Shown piece after piece: positions 48,759-57,289 of a stretch of DNA of 64,000 nucleotides. This stretch comes from Patescibacteria group bacterium. GTDB taxonomy: Bacteria; Patescibacteriota; Minisyncoccia; Phycocordibacterales; SIBU01. The translations under genes were made by a program, and so were the position numbers. The notes beneath the pieces were generated by a model. The model ran no database searches. It was given only the letters and a program-made list of their open reading frames with translations, and was not told the DNA's origin. The DNA lies in assembly GCA_040390045.1 (NCBI GenBank), contig JAZJZC010000004.1:67157-131156 (forward strand), written 5' to 3'. How positions within the stretch are numbered: position 1 is the stretch's first letter; every line of letters starts with the position of its first letter.

Positions 48759-49181
48759 TTATGGGAAACGAGCACCCAATGAGTTGGGAACCAACCTGAA
48801 AGTCAGATTTGTGCCTACCCAATGAGCAAAATATCTATCACCTGGAGGAACGGGGCTCAGGAGCTTAAAAAAGCGCATCTCACCGGCTCTCATCCAATTT
48901 GAATCCTCGCCCACCAAATTCTGCTGTAGAATCGCAAAAAAATTGGTAGTAATCGCATGATTGGTGGGGTTCACCGACACTTGCCATAACGAGGCATCGC
49001 ACCAGTAGAAACCATCAGTTAAGAGAGCTTGGTTTGCGGCGAGGCCCTCACAGCTTCCTGCAATGGGAGACTCCAGGGTTTTGCTGTTCTGTGGCTCTAC
49101 AGGAAATAGAACTGCCTGTAGTGACGCGAGCATCAGAACTGTTAAAAAGTTCAAATTCAACCAGTACTTTTTTAGATTCAT
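48759..49181 (-). CDS. Hypothetical secreted protein
   Basis: Signal-peptide-like N terminus; AAGGAG RBS; TTGACT..TATAGT promoter. Confidence 0.55.
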   Translation of the reverse strand: MNLKKYWLNLNFLTVLMLASLQAVLFPVEPQNSKTLESPIAGSCEGLAANQALLTDGFYWCDASLWQVSVNPTNHAITTNFFAILQQNLVGEDSNWMRAGEMRFFKLLSPVPPGDRYFAHWVGTNLTFRLVPNSLGARFP

Positions 49182-49248
49182 AGTTGACTCCTTTGTTCTA
49201 CTGGGATCAACTATACAAAGCTACCTGAATTAGTCAATTGACACCAAT

Positions 49249-49914
49249 TTACTCGAGTACACGCTCGGTGTACACCACCAACCTTTTACTGTAACTATGC
49301 ACTTTTTGAATCCAAACTCCGTCACAGGTAATTAAATTTAATTTCGCAATTGATCCTGTGGTATCAAAAATTTCAGCGAGCGGTGCATTTGAGTCATCAT
49401 AAATTGCAGTATTCACAACCTGAAAAGTAATTTTTTGTCCTGCTGTGTCTGTTACATACACCTGATCCCCGCGCTTCAATTGATCGAGATGAATGAACAC
49501 GGCATTAGCATCTCGCGCAGTGTCTAGGTGACCGTCAATCACTGCACTACCAGCCTCGCCGGGTTTTGGACTTTTATTAAACCATGCAACATCGGTAAAA
49601 TTATTTGGAATTCCAACACGTCCTGCCGCAGTAAGACCAACATTCTGAATGTTGGCGTCTATATTTATTGTCGGAATCACGAGCCTACTCGGTAATCCAA
49701 CATTTTTAACTGGGCCAACTGGATAGATAGGATTCACAAAACCCGTGATGTTCGACAATCTGTACAAAACATATCCGCCAAAGCCAACAACGACGACAGC
49801 CACAACAAAGGCATAGAGTCCCGTATGAGTTCGCGATTTATGGCGCCAGTGTTTTTGTGGTTCTGGAGCATGCCCGCCGTGTTCGCTATTTGGTGAGTGT
49901 GATTCCATATTCAT
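49249..49914 (-). CDS. Class F sortase
   Basis: PGEAGSAVIDGH, LNLITCDG, R-LVV catalytic H/C/R. Confidence 0.9.
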   Translation of the reverse strand: MNMESHSPNSEHGGHAPEPQKHWRHKSRTHTGLYAFVVAVVVVGFGGYVLYRLSNITGFVNPIYPVGPVKNVGLPSRLVIPTINIDANIQNVGLTAAGRVGIPNNFTDVAWFNKSPKPGEAGSAVIDGHLDTARDANAVFIHLDQLKRGDQVYVTDTAGQKITFQVVNTAIYDDSNAPLAEIFDTTGSIAKLNLITCDGVWIQKVHSYSKRLVVYTERVLE

Positions 49915-49925
49915 TCAATCATAAC

Positions 49926-50501
49926 CTAGAAGGGCAATGTGTAGTTCATAACTTGGGTTGAAACGCTCTCCCAATTACTCGGATCAAGTTTTATTTCCTT
50001 AACAACATTTCCTTCTTTATATTTAACGTGCTTGTTTTTCATTGCGTATTCGTAAATCTCCTTTGTGATTTTAACATCCTCAAGACAGTATTTTACCACT
50101 TTGTCCTTCTCACCATTTCGCCACCAGACAACAGCCTCAAGCCCATGGCCGGATTTATTTTTTCCAAGTGTAGCTTCAGCAATATCATCGAGTTTAATTC
50201 GGCGACCTAAAGAGGCGCGAATTTCCTTAAGAAGATCGAGGCTTTTAATTTTTGACAAATCACCCGGGTAATATTTATTGAGTAGGGGAATGTCGAAATG
50301 ATCAGAATTGTAGCCAATCAGCACATCGGTTTTTTCCAAAATTGGCCACAAATTTTTAAGATCCTCTTGAAAATAGCTCGAGTATTTATTAGTTTCAGAA
50401 TCGTGAATACAAATAACCGAAAGGTTCAGTTTCGAAGGGTCATTTGAGCCAACTTCAGCAAAAAGGTCAGAAGTTTCAATGTCGAAAGTGATTTTGCGCA
50501 T
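49926..50501 (-). CDS. RNase H-like/DEDD exonuclease (YprB-like)
   Basis: FDIET, GYNSDHFDIP, KLDDIA, YCLEDV. Confidence 0.85.
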   Translation of the reverse strand: MRKITFDIETSDLFAEVGSNDPSKLNLSVICIHDSETNKYSSYFQEDLKNLWPILEKTDVLIGYNSDHFDIPLLNKYYPGDLSKIKSLDLLKEIRASLGRRIKLDDIAEATLGKNKSGHGLEAVVWWRNGEKDKVVKYCLEDVKITKEIYEYAMKNKHVKYKEGNVVKEIKLDPSNWESVSTQVMNYTLPF

Positions 50502-50639
50502 CCCGTAGTGAAAATTGGCTTGGTTTGCTGTTAAGCCAACCTTGCCAAATTTAAATTAAACAATTTTTTATAATCTAAACTCTCGCATTACTCGTGCATT
50601 CGTTTCCGCAAACAGCGAAGCCAATTTCTACTATCGGGA
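50502..50639. mobile_element. MITE-like insertion with a 5-bp flanking direct repeat
   Basis: TIRs CCCGTAGTGAAAATTGGCTT / AAGCCAATTTCTACTATCGGGA; CGCAT at 50497-50501 and 50640-50644. Confidence 0.65.
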
Positions 50640-50740
50640 CGCATCGGATAATTCTACCAGATATCTGGATTGTCACTAACCTTGACGTAAAGCTATCTTT
50701 GTGCTAATTTGCTGTCAGCTCGTAGAAAAAATTTGAAAGA

Positions 50741-51058
50741 ATGAAAAATCGAGATCCAGAGCAGGCTCCGGGCTTCCCCTTTACAACAGCGGGGTCAGTC
50801 ATCGCGCTACTACTCGTAGTTGCGGGTATCTCTGTGATGGGATCCCTATTTACTGTAACGCGAGTGCACCAGGACGCAATTGAGGCGGAATCACCTGCCG
50901 AGAAGGGCTATCGTGTCAAGCTCTACTCCGGAGAAAGTACCGTAAGCGAGTGGAACACTGCCAAACAACCAAGTTTTGGCGTTGCGGGAATAGAATTCAA
51001 AACTCTGGCCGGCAAAAAAGTGTACCTCGATGGTACATGGTCAATCGAGGAAAAATAA
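50741..51058 (+). CDS. Hypothetical membrane-anchored protein
   Basis: TM helix followed by a small beta domain; upstream TTGACG promoter and downstream hairpin. Confidence 0.6.
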   Translation: MKNRDPEQAPGFPFTTAGSVIALLLVVAGISVMGSLFTVTRVHQDAIEAESPAEKGYRVKLYSGESTVSEWNTAKQPSFGVAGIEFKTLAGKKVYLDGTWSIEEK

Positions 51059-51182
51059 AATCTCGATCGTCGGCAAGCAATTCAGTGCTTGCCGATTTTT
51101 CTTTCTAAATTTAGACAGTAGTAACAGCTTGTTTTACAAAATTAATCATGATAATTTATTTACAGATGAGATTTTTTCAAAC

Positions 51183-51542
51183 ATGTTTACGACACAAATT
51201 GACCACCAGGAACTTGGAATTGTGAGGTGTCCCGTTCCAGTTAAGCAGCTAACCTTCGAACGGTTCGGCTGTAGCGTTTCTGCAGGATTTAGAGAGATAC
51301 TCGAGTTTGAAAACCTGAAAACTAAGCCCTCTAATATCGTCATCTGTTCCCACTCCTGGGCAGACGATACTCCAAGCACATATCAGGTAAGTTGGTGGCT
51401 AAATAAACAAGCGGCAATTCGGGCTTTTTCAGCGCCACCAGATAGTGAATTTTTAAGGTTACTTGGTCCACTTATGGGACTCATTGAACATAGCGTTCTT
51501 TCCGATCTACATAGGCCGTGGTTTTATCAGGGTTGGCGATGA
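51183..51542 (+). CDS. Hypothetical protein
   Basis: Open frame from ATG 51183; no recognised motif. Confidence 0.4.
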   Translation: MFTTQIDHQELGIVRCPVPVKQLTFERFGCSVSAGFREILEFENLKTKPSNIVICSHSWADDTPSTYQVSWWLNKQAAIRAFSAPPDSEFLRLLGPLMGLIEHSVLSDLHRPWFYQGWR

Positions 51543-51591
51543 ATGATCTTTCCAAAATACCACTTAAATTTGGTATTTTTATTTTAAAATT

Positions 51592-52896
51592 TTACCCTAA
51601 AATATTTGCCAGATTGTCCTCTCCAGACTCCTTCTCCTCTCCAGTCTCCAAATTTTTAATTTTGAATTTTCCACTTTTAATTTCTTCTTCACCAACGACA
51701 AGAATAAACTTGGCGCCATGTTTATCGGCACGTTTGATTTGATCACCAACTTTTTTACCCGAGTAATCGACAATCACGGATTTTCCTGATGCACGTACTT
51801 TTTGAGCAAGTTCTTGTGCGAACTCAACTGTGTCGCCAATGGTGCAGATTGCCAGAGAAACAGAATTTTTTAAAATTGGCAGAAGATTATAGGTTTCCAA
51901 CACATCGCGGATAGTAACATCTCCCATACCAAATCCAATTGTAGGAATTTTTTCTTCACCAAAAATTTCAAGTAGATTATCATATCGCCCACCACCAAAA
52001 AGCGCACGGCGGTTATCAGGATTAAGATCAAAGATTTCAAAAACAATTCCGGTGTAATAATCAAACCCGCGCATCAAGGTTTGATCGAAAACCACATTCG
52101 TAATGCCTAAGTTTTCAAGCGCAGCCATTAAGTTTCTAATTTCGGCAAGTGCTTCCTCAAGTACTGTTTCTTTTGGCAAACGAGAAATGAATTCCTCAAA
52201 ATTTTTTGAATTTAAAAGCGTCAACAAAAAATTATCTTTTTCACCGACGGTTTCCGTAATTAATTTTTCAAAATCAGCCTTTGGCAACTTTTCTTTTCTA
52301 TCTATAATCTTAGCCACTTTTCCAGATTCTGATTCGGAAAGCCCCATGAGAGTCTGCAAAATGTAGTTAACAATTCTTCGACTGTTGATTCGAATTTCAA
52401 ACTGATCGTTTTTAATACCGAAACCCGACATGATTTCTGAAGCCAGCGAAATAATTTCTACTTCTGCCTGAATGCCTTCAACTCCAAAAATATCAACATT
52501 GAGTTGCCAATGTTCGCGCAATCTTCCACGTTGCGGCTTTTCATATCGAAAAAGATTTGGTGTTGAAAACCAGCGAACAGGGAAGGTGAGTTCTCTTTTT
52601 TTGGCGGCGATCATACGCGCCAAGGTTGGCGTCATTTCGGGTCGTAAAGTTACCTCCCGGTCGCCACGATCTTTAAAAGTGTAGGTTTGTTCGTTCACAA
52701 TTTCCTCGCCTGACTTAGCGCGATACAATTCTGCTGACTCGAGTATTGATGCTCCGTACTCCTCATACCCAAATTTTTGCGCAACGTTTCTCCAAACACC
52801 AAAAATATAATTTTGTATTGCTTGATCAGCAGGATAAAAATCTCGCACACCTTTGTAGCTTTCAGTTGAAATACTAGGTTTATTTTCACTTGACAT
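51592..52896 (-). CDS. hisS: Histidine--tRNA ligase
   Basis: KGVRDF, LRPEMT, RYEKPQRGRLREHWQ, RGFDYYTG, GGGRYD; start at ATG 52896. Confidence 0.97.
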   Translation of the reverse strand: MSSENKPSISTESYKGVRDFYPADQAIQNYIFGVWRNVAQKFGYEEYGASILESAELYRAKSGEEIVNEQTYTFKDRGDREVTLRPEMTPTLARMIAAKKRELTFPVRWFSTPNLFRYEKPQRGRLREHWQLNVDIFGVEGIQAEVEIISLASEIMSGFGIKNDQFEIRINSRRIVNYILQTLMGLSESESGKVAKIIDRKEKLPKADFEKLITETVGEKDNFLLTLLNSKNFEEFISRLPKETVLEEALAEIRNLMAALENLGITNVVFDQTLMRGFDYYTGIVFEIFDLNPDNRRALFGGGRYDNLLEIFGEEKIPTIGFGMGDVTIRDVLETYNLLPILKNSVSLAICTIGDTVEFAQELAQKVRASGKSVIVDYSGKKVGDQIKRADKHGAKFILVVGEEEIKSGKFKIKNLETGEEKESGEDNLANILG

Positions 52897-52961
52897 AGGT
52901 TGTATTTTAGCCGAAAGGTTACTATTTAACAAGAAAAAATCTCCTGTGTTCAGGAGATAGG

Positions 52962-53189
52962 TTACAGGTGACGTTTGGTCGGCTTGTGTAAATTGGCTCT
53001 GTGAACTCGACCGCGCCACATTAAAACGAAGGCGGAACCAAAAAACGTAAGAGCGGCGGCCGGAATCATCGCGACCAAAATGAACAAGCCTTGTGCGAAG
53101 TGATACGTTGGACTGAAAATCAAAAAAAGTAACCACGCGCAGAGGCCCCATAAGACGCAAAAAAGAACCGAATAGCTTGTGAATTTCAT
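52962..53189 (-). CDS. Small two-TM membrane protein
   Basis: Two hydrophobic segments and a basic tail. Confidence 0.45.
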   Translation of the reverse strand: MKFTSYSVLFCVLWGLCAWLLFLIFSPTYHFAQGLFILVAMIPAAALTFFGSAFVLMWRGRVHRANLHKPTKRHL

Positions 53190-53257
53190 AGCAGTAAACT
53201 TCGATCCGCTAAAACTATAGCAAATTTTTCCATTTTTTGTCATAATGCTCCACGCAA

Positions 53258-53350
53258 GGGCCTATAGTTCAGTGGCACCCGCCCGAACGTACCGAAACGG
53301 TAGTTCGGTACGGGCGGGGAACAAGTGGGCATGAGGTAGAGTTTGAAATA
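53258..53350 (+). pseudogene. Degenerate tRNA-Ala duplicate interrupted by a palindromic element
   Basis: First 18 nt identical to the tRNA at 53369; insert at 53276-53319; residual GAAC..ATGAGGTAG. Confidence 0.7.
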
Positions 53351-53368
53351 TTATAAAAATTAAAGCAC

Positions 53369-53439
53369 GGGCCTATAGTTCAGTGGTAGAACGCATCCAT
53401 GGCATGGATGAGGTAGGGGTTCGATTCCCCTTAGGTCCA
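53369..53439 (+). tRNA. tRNA-Ala(GGC)
   Basis: Cloverleaf: GGGCCTA/TAGGTCC with G3:U70; CATCC-AT GGC AT-GGATG; TTCGATT T-loop; CCA not encoded. Confidence 0.96.
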
Positions 53440-53613
53440 CAAATTTCGGGGACTCAATTTGTGGACCTAAGCAAAGCAACTACTTGCTTTGCGGAGGGGA
53501 ATCGAACAGCGGAGTCATGTTTTTTCATCAGAAAAAACGGACGAGCTGGTGCCCAGACAAATTCGAGCGACGGCAAGAATTTAGTCGCGGGCGATTCACC
53601 CATATAGGCGTCA
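53440..53613. repeat. tRNA-3'-end-derived structured element
   Basis: Inverted copy GTGGACCTAAG[hairpin]..GGGGAATCGAAC and a degenerate direct copy CGATTCACCCATATAGGCGTCA. Confidence 0.65.
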
Positions 53614-53645
53614 ACTTGAAAAAGTGTTACCATTTTAACTCTCTT

Positions 53646-54578
53646 ATGTCTTTAATTCTCACAATTCTCGGCCTAGCACTTTTTGAAATCATCAACAGCG
53701 TGGATAACGCGGTAATTAACGCTGAAGTCCTTTCAAAAATGAGTCAAAAATCCAGAAAGTGGTTCCTACTTTGGGGAGTTCTGTTGGCCGTTTTTCTTGT
53801 TCGTGGACTTTTGCCCTGGATAATTATTTGGCTCACCAGTGGCGAACTAACACTCTGGCAAGCCCTCGTTGCCACATTAAGTTCCAGTCCTGAAATTCAC
53901 ACATTGATCGAGCAATCGGCCCCGCCACTTCTTGTTGGCTCCGGCATCTTTTTAATTTTTCTTTTTCTTTATTGGTTATTTTTGGAGCAGAAATCTTACG
54001 GACTTATTGGCGAACGATTTATTCACCGTCATGGTCTATGGTTTTATACCGTTGCCTCAATTGTACTGACAATAATCGTGTGGATTTGCATCAAAATCAA
54101 TCCAATAATGGCGCTTGGAGCCGTCATCGGATCAACAGGATTTTTCATGGTCCATGGTTTTAAAGAAAATGCCGAAGCCGCAGAAAAAGAAATGTTGAGC
54201 GGGCAGGGAAATCTTTCTGACTGGTCAAAAATTTTCTACCTTGAGGCCATTGATGCCTGTTTCTCGATCGATGGAGTGCTCGGTGCCTTCGCCTTTACCC
54301 TTTCCGTGCCACTTATTCTTATTGGCAATGGCATCGGAGCTATTGTAGTTCGTCAGCTCACGATCGGTAACATTGATCGCGTCAAACAATTTGTGTTCCT
54401 TAAAAATGGCGCGATGTACTCAATCCTAGTTTTAGGTATCATCATGATCCTCGATTCATTCGGATTTCAAATTCCAACGTGGCTATCTCCGCTCGTCACC
54501 TTTATAATCATCGGCTACTTTTTCTATAAATCTGTTAAGCAAATTTCAAAATTAAATAGCACTGTTCCTTCTCTCTAA
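53646..54578 (+). CDS. TerC-like (DUF475) integral membrane protein
   Basis: SVDNAVINA, LEAIDACFSIDGVLGAFA, IGNGIGA, LKNGAMYSI. Confidence 0.88.
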   Translation: MSLILTILGLALFEIINSVDNAVINAEVLSKMSQKSRKWFLLWGVLLAVFLVRGLLPWIIIWLTSGELTLWQALVATLSSSPEIHTLIEQSAPPLLVGSGIFLIFLFLYWLFLEQKSYGLIGERFIHRHGLWFYTVASIVLTIIVWICIKINPIMALGAVIGSTGFFMVHGFKENAEAAEKEMLSGQGNLSDWSKIFYLEAIDACFSIDGVLGAFAFTLSVPLILIGNGIGAIVVRQLTIGNIDRVKQFVFLKNGAMYSILVLGIIMILDSFGFQIPTWLSPLVTFIIIGYFFYKSVKQISKLNSTVPSL

Positions 54579-54661
54579 TTTTTGCGATTTTGTGTAAAAA
54601 TGCTATGCTTTTTCTGTTCCGCAATGTTACGTGTTCCATGTTTCGTGATGCATGATTTCGA

Positions 54662-54800
54662 GGCCCTATCGTCTATCGGCTAGGACACGGCCTTCGAAAG
54701 GTGAGCTTGGGATTGGGACCCGAGCGCAAGACCTTGAGCGATCTGTCCTCAGAATGCGAAGGGTGTACAGCTCCTGTAAGGAGGGAAATGCGGGGTGAGT
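54662..54800 (+). pseudogene. Degenerate tRNA-Glu-like copy interrupted by structured sequence
   Basis: GGCCCTATCGTCTATCGGCTAGGAC matches the first 25 nt of the tRNA at 54825 with two mismatches; no intact anticodon or T arm. Confidence 0.6.
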
Positions 54801-54824
54801 GTTTTGTGTTAAAATTGAAATTAT

Positions 54825-54896
54825 GGCCCTATCGTCTAACGGTTAGGACGGAGGCTTCTCAAGCCTTAAATCCGGGTTCGATTCCCGGTAGGGTCA
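54825..54896 (+). tRNA. tRNA-Glu(CTC)
   Basis: GGCCCTA/TAGGGTC acceptor; GAGGC-TT CTC AA-GCCTT; CCGGG-TTCGATT-CCCGG. Confidence 0.96.
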
Positions 54897-55009
54897 CATT
54901 TTGAAACAAAATGGTTTTCAAAAGCCTCAAATCCATTTTAACCTTTGGTAGCAAGTTATTTCAAGTTAGAAAGAGTTCTGAAATATATAATGGTGGTAGA
55001 ATAGCACCA

Positions 55010-55849
55010 ATGACAACTGATGAAAATAAAATATTTATAGAATTATCCGAACTTCTCAAAAGGGCTGTTAATTTAATCGAGTTACGTATAGAACAAATTG
55101 AAAATAAACATCCAGAATCCACAACTTCAAAGGCAGAGAAAGAGGCAGATGCATGTATAAGAACATTTTATGTTAGATCACTAAAACCGTACCGGGATAC
55201 AATATTATTTCTTTCGGAAGAAATCGTCCGAGAAAATGAGAAATATCATTTCTTTTTAGTACCACATGCTCGAAAACTCTTTGATATATATGTTCGATTT
55301 TTACATCTACTTGAAAACTGCGCTTCAGAAAATCAACGCGGGCTAGCATGTATTGCATACCAATTACTAGCATATAAAGGATTGAGAAATGAGAGTGTAT
55401 ATAACGAATTATTATCCATCAATAAGAACTTGCTGGATGAAGAAAAACGTACTTTTCCAAATTTTATTGATTTTGATTATTTATGGTATTTAAGAACGAG
55501 TGGTCTGGCATTTAAGACGACACGAGATTTATTTAAAGTGGATATTATAAATAAATATTCAAATCCTCCAATAAAAATATTTAGGGGACAAAATATTGTT
55601 GAACTATATGGTTCTATATCTGAGCTCTGCCACGGTAACCCTTATTATCATTACGATTCTCCCTATACTGAGAGATTTTGGGTTGCGACAATAAGTTTTA
55701 TGGTGACATCTTATCTCATTAATTTGACTGATACTTACATTTTGAATAAAACTTTACCACGAGATTTTCATGATTGGCTAAGAGAAGTCGATAAGGCCAG
55801 TCGTTCGATGGTTGCAATATGGAAAACAAAAAGAAGAACTACTCTATGA
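55010..55849 (+). CDS. AT-rich hypothetical protein, DUF5677/HEPN-like
   Basis: ARKLFD and YGSISELCHGN pattern; TGGTAGAAT 7 nt before ATG; visibly AT-richer than neighbours. Confidence 0.5.
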   Translation: MTTDENKIFIELSELLKRAVNLIELRIEQIENKHPESTTSKAEKEADACIRTFYVRSLKPYRDTILFLSEEIVRENEKYHFFLVPHARKLFDIYVRFLHLLENCASENQRGLACIAYQLLAYKGLRNESVYNELLSINKNLLDEEKRTFPNFIDFDYLWYLRTSGLAFKTTRDLFKVDIINKYSNPPIKIFRGQNIVELYGSISELCHGNPYYHYDSPYTERFWVATISFMVTSYLINLTDTYILNKTLPRDFHDWLREVDKASRSMVAIWKTKRRTTL

Positions 55850-55935
55850 AAAACTTACTATATAGACTTTGACAGCTGGTCTTTGCCGATTCCCAAAAAT
55901 TTGCTAATTTCGCCACAAAAGCATAGACTTAGCAA

Positions 55936-56460
55936 ATGAATAACTACCAAGACAGAGGAAACCGAGGCGGGGGATTTAGAGGTGGAAACGGAGGTGGTGG
56001 CGCGCCATATCAGAAGAAGACCTGGGGAGCTGACCGAGGTGGCGAGCGAGACAAACCGATGTTTAAGGCAACCTGTGCTGAGTGTGGCAAGGCTTGCGAA
56101 GTACCATTCCGACCAACAGGTGACAAACCGGTCTATTGCCGCGATTGTTTTAATAGTAAACGAGAACCGAGTGATTCACGAGGTGGCTCACGACCAGATT
56201 TTAGTAACAGAGCTCCGAGGAGAGATTTCGGTGACAAAGCAAGTTTCCGACCCGACACACGACCTGATCCACGACTTTCACTCGCCAACGACGAGCTCAA
56301 AAAACAGCTATCCGAAATTAGTTCCAAACTCGATCGACTTTTGTCGGTAATGGAGAAGGGAAGCGTGGCTAAAAAAGAAACCTCTGAGTCAGTAAAGTCT
56401 TCCGAAGAAACTCCCAAACCTAAAATATCAAAAACTCGAACTGGAAAAGCGAAAAAATAA
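55936..56460 (+). CDS. CxxC-x17-CxxC zinc-ribbon protein with RGG region
   Basis: MFKATCAECGKACEVPFRPTGDKPVYCRDCF. Confidence 0.9.
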   Translation: MNNYQDRGNRGGGFRGGNGGGGAPYQKKTWGADRGGERDKPMFKATCAECGKACEVPFRPTGDKPVYCRDCFNSKREPSDSRGGSRPDFSNRAPRRDFGDKASFRPDTRPDPRLSLANDELKKQLSEISSKLDRLLSVMEKGSVAKKETSESVKSSEETPKPKISKTRTGKAKK

Positions 56461-56484
56461 ATTCAATCCCACTCACATCTCTGT

Positions 56485-57273
56485 ATGGCGAAACTCAATC
56501 AAAAAACCTCTTTCGGCCTCATTGCAAAAGAATATCAAAAATATCGACGCTCCTACGACCCGAAATTATACAAATTGCTGTTCTCATTTCTACCATCTAA
56601 AAAATCAAATGAAAGTTTGAATATTTTAGATATTGGCTGTGGCACGGGGAAATCAACTGAACCGATCGTGAAGCTAGCAGGGAAACGAAAAGTTTCGGTT
56701 ACAGGAGTTGATCCTGACCCAAGAATGCTTCGAGAGGCACGTCTTTCGGCACGTAAGCAAAAATTATCGATTGTCTATGTCAAAGGATCTGCAGAGAAGC
56801 TTCCTTTTCAAAAAGAGGAATTTGACGGAGTAATTTCCGGCACTGCTTTTCATTGGTATGGAAATAAAAAAACAGTATCCAAAATCAAAAGTGCCGTAAA
56901 AGAGGGCGGCGTATTTTTTGTTTTTTGGACCCAGTACGTAAAATCAAACAAAAAGGCTGTCGGCCACAATCTATATCACAAGTACAACTGGCGAGGCATA
57001 GGTAAAAAATTTAGGGGTCAGGAGTCTCTAGGCAAACTTCTGTCGCAATCAGGTTTTAAAAAAGTTAAGTTTGCTAAAATATTATTTAGCGAAAAAAGAA
57101 CTGTTTCCCACATAATCAACAATTTGAAAACCAACTCCTCGTACCTGCTCATGTCACCAAAAAACAAGAATGATTTCATTCGGGAATTAACCGCTGCCTA
57201 CAAAAAAACTCTGGGAAATAAAAAATATTTTACGGAAAAACTAGAACTACTCGTTTGCTATGGATTTAAATAA
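56485..57273 (+). CDS. Class I SAM-dependent methyltransferase
   Basis: ILDIGCGTG, GVDPD..ML, SAEKLPF, AFHW. Confidence 0.9.
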   Translation: MAKLNQKTSFGLIAKEYQKYRRSYDPKLYKLLFSFLPSKKSNESLNILDIGCGTGKSTEPIVKLAGKRKVSVTGVDPDPRMLREARLSARKQKLSIVYVKGSAEKLPFQKEEFDGVISGTAFHWYGNKKTVSKIKSAVKEGGVFFVFWTQYVKSNKKAVGHNLYHKYNWRGIGKKFRGQESLGKLLSQSGFKKVKFAKILFSEKRTVSHIINNLKTNSSYLLMSPKNKNDFIRELTAAYKKTLGNKKYFTEKLELLVCYGFK

Positions 57274-57289
57274 AAGTTATTCTCTTTCC

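Noticed and set aside
52897-53160. N-terminal extension of HisS in the ORF track
   Set aside because: Homology starts near ATG 52896, and the extension overlaps another plausible small gene; similar over-extended starts were trimmed for smc, nusB, rlmB and the TerC-like gene
54662-54800. Group I intron-containing tRNA
   Set aside because: The insert is far too short for a group I intron and no intact 3' tRNA half can be rebuilt
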